This document shows, in pieces, positions 62,601-64,000 of a stretch of DNA of 64,000 nt (the stretch's first letter is position 1; each line of letters starts with the position of its first letter). The position numbers and the translations under genes are program-made. This DNA is from Ptychomitrium polyphyllum. Lineage: Eukaryota. Below the pieces are notes generated by a model that ran no database searches, was not told the origin of the DNA, and saw only the letters and a program-made list of their open reading frames with translations. The DNA lies in contig OZ316775.1 in NCBI GenBank assembly GCA_973851085.1, positions 4,278,001 through 4,342,000 on the forward strand, written 5' to 3'.

Positions 62601-64000
62601 TTGTTAAATGCTGTTGATTTCAACAAATTTGTTATTTCTAAATGAATCATGAATATAAAAAAAACATAAATAATATGTATTTTAAACAAAAATGAAAACT
62701 ATATCATGATACAAGAAGTTAAAAACATTTTTTTAAAATTTTTGATTATTTTGTAGGCATACTATTACTACTATTTAAATTTTTCTACGAAACCACAAAA
62801 AATATCATATGAAGGTATGAACATCTTTCAAAATCTATATTATTAAATAAATTATAAATAAGCATTCAAATTTTTTTAAATACAAAATTGTATATTTTCA
62901 CTCTTATTGCAATATGATATTAATTGATTCAAAAAAAATACATAATATTGATTAAACTTTAGTTTTTTTTACTTTAAACACTTAAATATGTTATTAACAT
63001 TGATATTTTATATATATTATTCTAATATGTACAAAAGTGTATATGTATTAACAATTTAAAAGCTTTTCTTCATAATTTTTGCAATAACAAAGTTATTTGT
63101 TTTTTATTATAATAGGTCTATTTAAAATTTATACAACATATAAAAAATAAAGTTTATCATTTCAAAATGAAACATCTTATATAATTGACATTTTAAAAAT
63201 ACCATTTTACAAGCATTTATATTATTTGAAAACATTTATATATTATTCTTGTAAAAGTTTATATAATATACAGATTAGATATTATATATAAAATGGAAGG
63301 GCTTTTGGCATAATTGATGACAATATTACAAATTATTGTCAGCTATATATTATTTTAAGATTTATTTGAATCCTAAAGAAAATATTGCTATTTAAATCTT
63401 TTAAAGGCATTGCCATAATTATTTTAAGTATTAAAAATTGAGAAAAGAATTCATAAAAATCATGTTACAACAAACTCAGATGAAGAGATTGATATTGTAT
63501 TTTTCCTTCTTATAACATTTATATTAAAGACATGTCTTTTAATTGCACTTGTTACACTATCATCACTTGATAATGATTATGAATTAACATCTTCTATCAT
63601 AATCAACTTCTTACTACGACCTATTCTTCTCATTCTTTTTATAACATGCTTACAAATATTAAAATCTATACTATTGGCAACCTTAACTATATCATATGCT
63701 ACTATTCCATCATTTAATTTTCTCTTATTACCATCTATATTTTTTGTCATTTTCTTATTAAAAACATTCTTATTCACAATTGTAATTTTTCATTTGTATT
63801 ATTAAAAAACACTTTTTCTTTTTGCAATTTGCTAATATGAATATACAGCATTTTTATGCTAATAACTTTGAATTTTGAAATGAAATGTATTAAATGTTGA
63901 TTATATTGTATATAAAATTGAAGCATTATTTATTGAAATTACAATATTATCAACTTTAAATGATATATTGCATATCAATTACAAAACATCTTTTCTCTTA
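59600..64000. mobile_element. Decayed AT-rich repeat/transposon-derived DNA
   Basis: No credible ORFs, extreme AT content, sharp boundary with the gene island. Family not determinable from sequence. Confidence 0.35.

Overview
This is eukaryotic plant genomic DNA: GT-AG introns, gene islands separated by very AT-rich decayed repeats. Gene content and composition suggest a moss (inference). I reconstructed ten genes by hand-splicing: (1) the 3' end of an ARM-repeat gene; (2) a pectin methylesterase with a Pro/Ser/Thr-rich repeat N-terminus; (3) a 3-ketoacyl-CoA synthase; (4, 5) two divergently oriented GT92/DUF23 galactan synthase-like paralogs; (6) a small purple acid phosphatase; (7) a RETICULATA-related RER5/6-like gene; (8) an intronless uncharacterised plant protein; (9) a VAT-1-like MDR oxidoreductase; (10) a SINA-like E3 ligase. 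There are also two frameshifted pseudogenes (a Raf-like/TKL kinase and an LRR receptor-like gene) and several transposon-like relics. I see no CRISPR array, rRNA, convincing tRNA or clear multi-gene novel system. The most unusual signals are in gene architecture: a frame-preserving 36-nt micro-exon that would insert an RRLL protease site into the PME catalytic domain, an apparent GG-AG intron in the RER gene, an overlooked dileucine-bearing first exon of the phosphatase, and odd duplications at GT92 splice sites.
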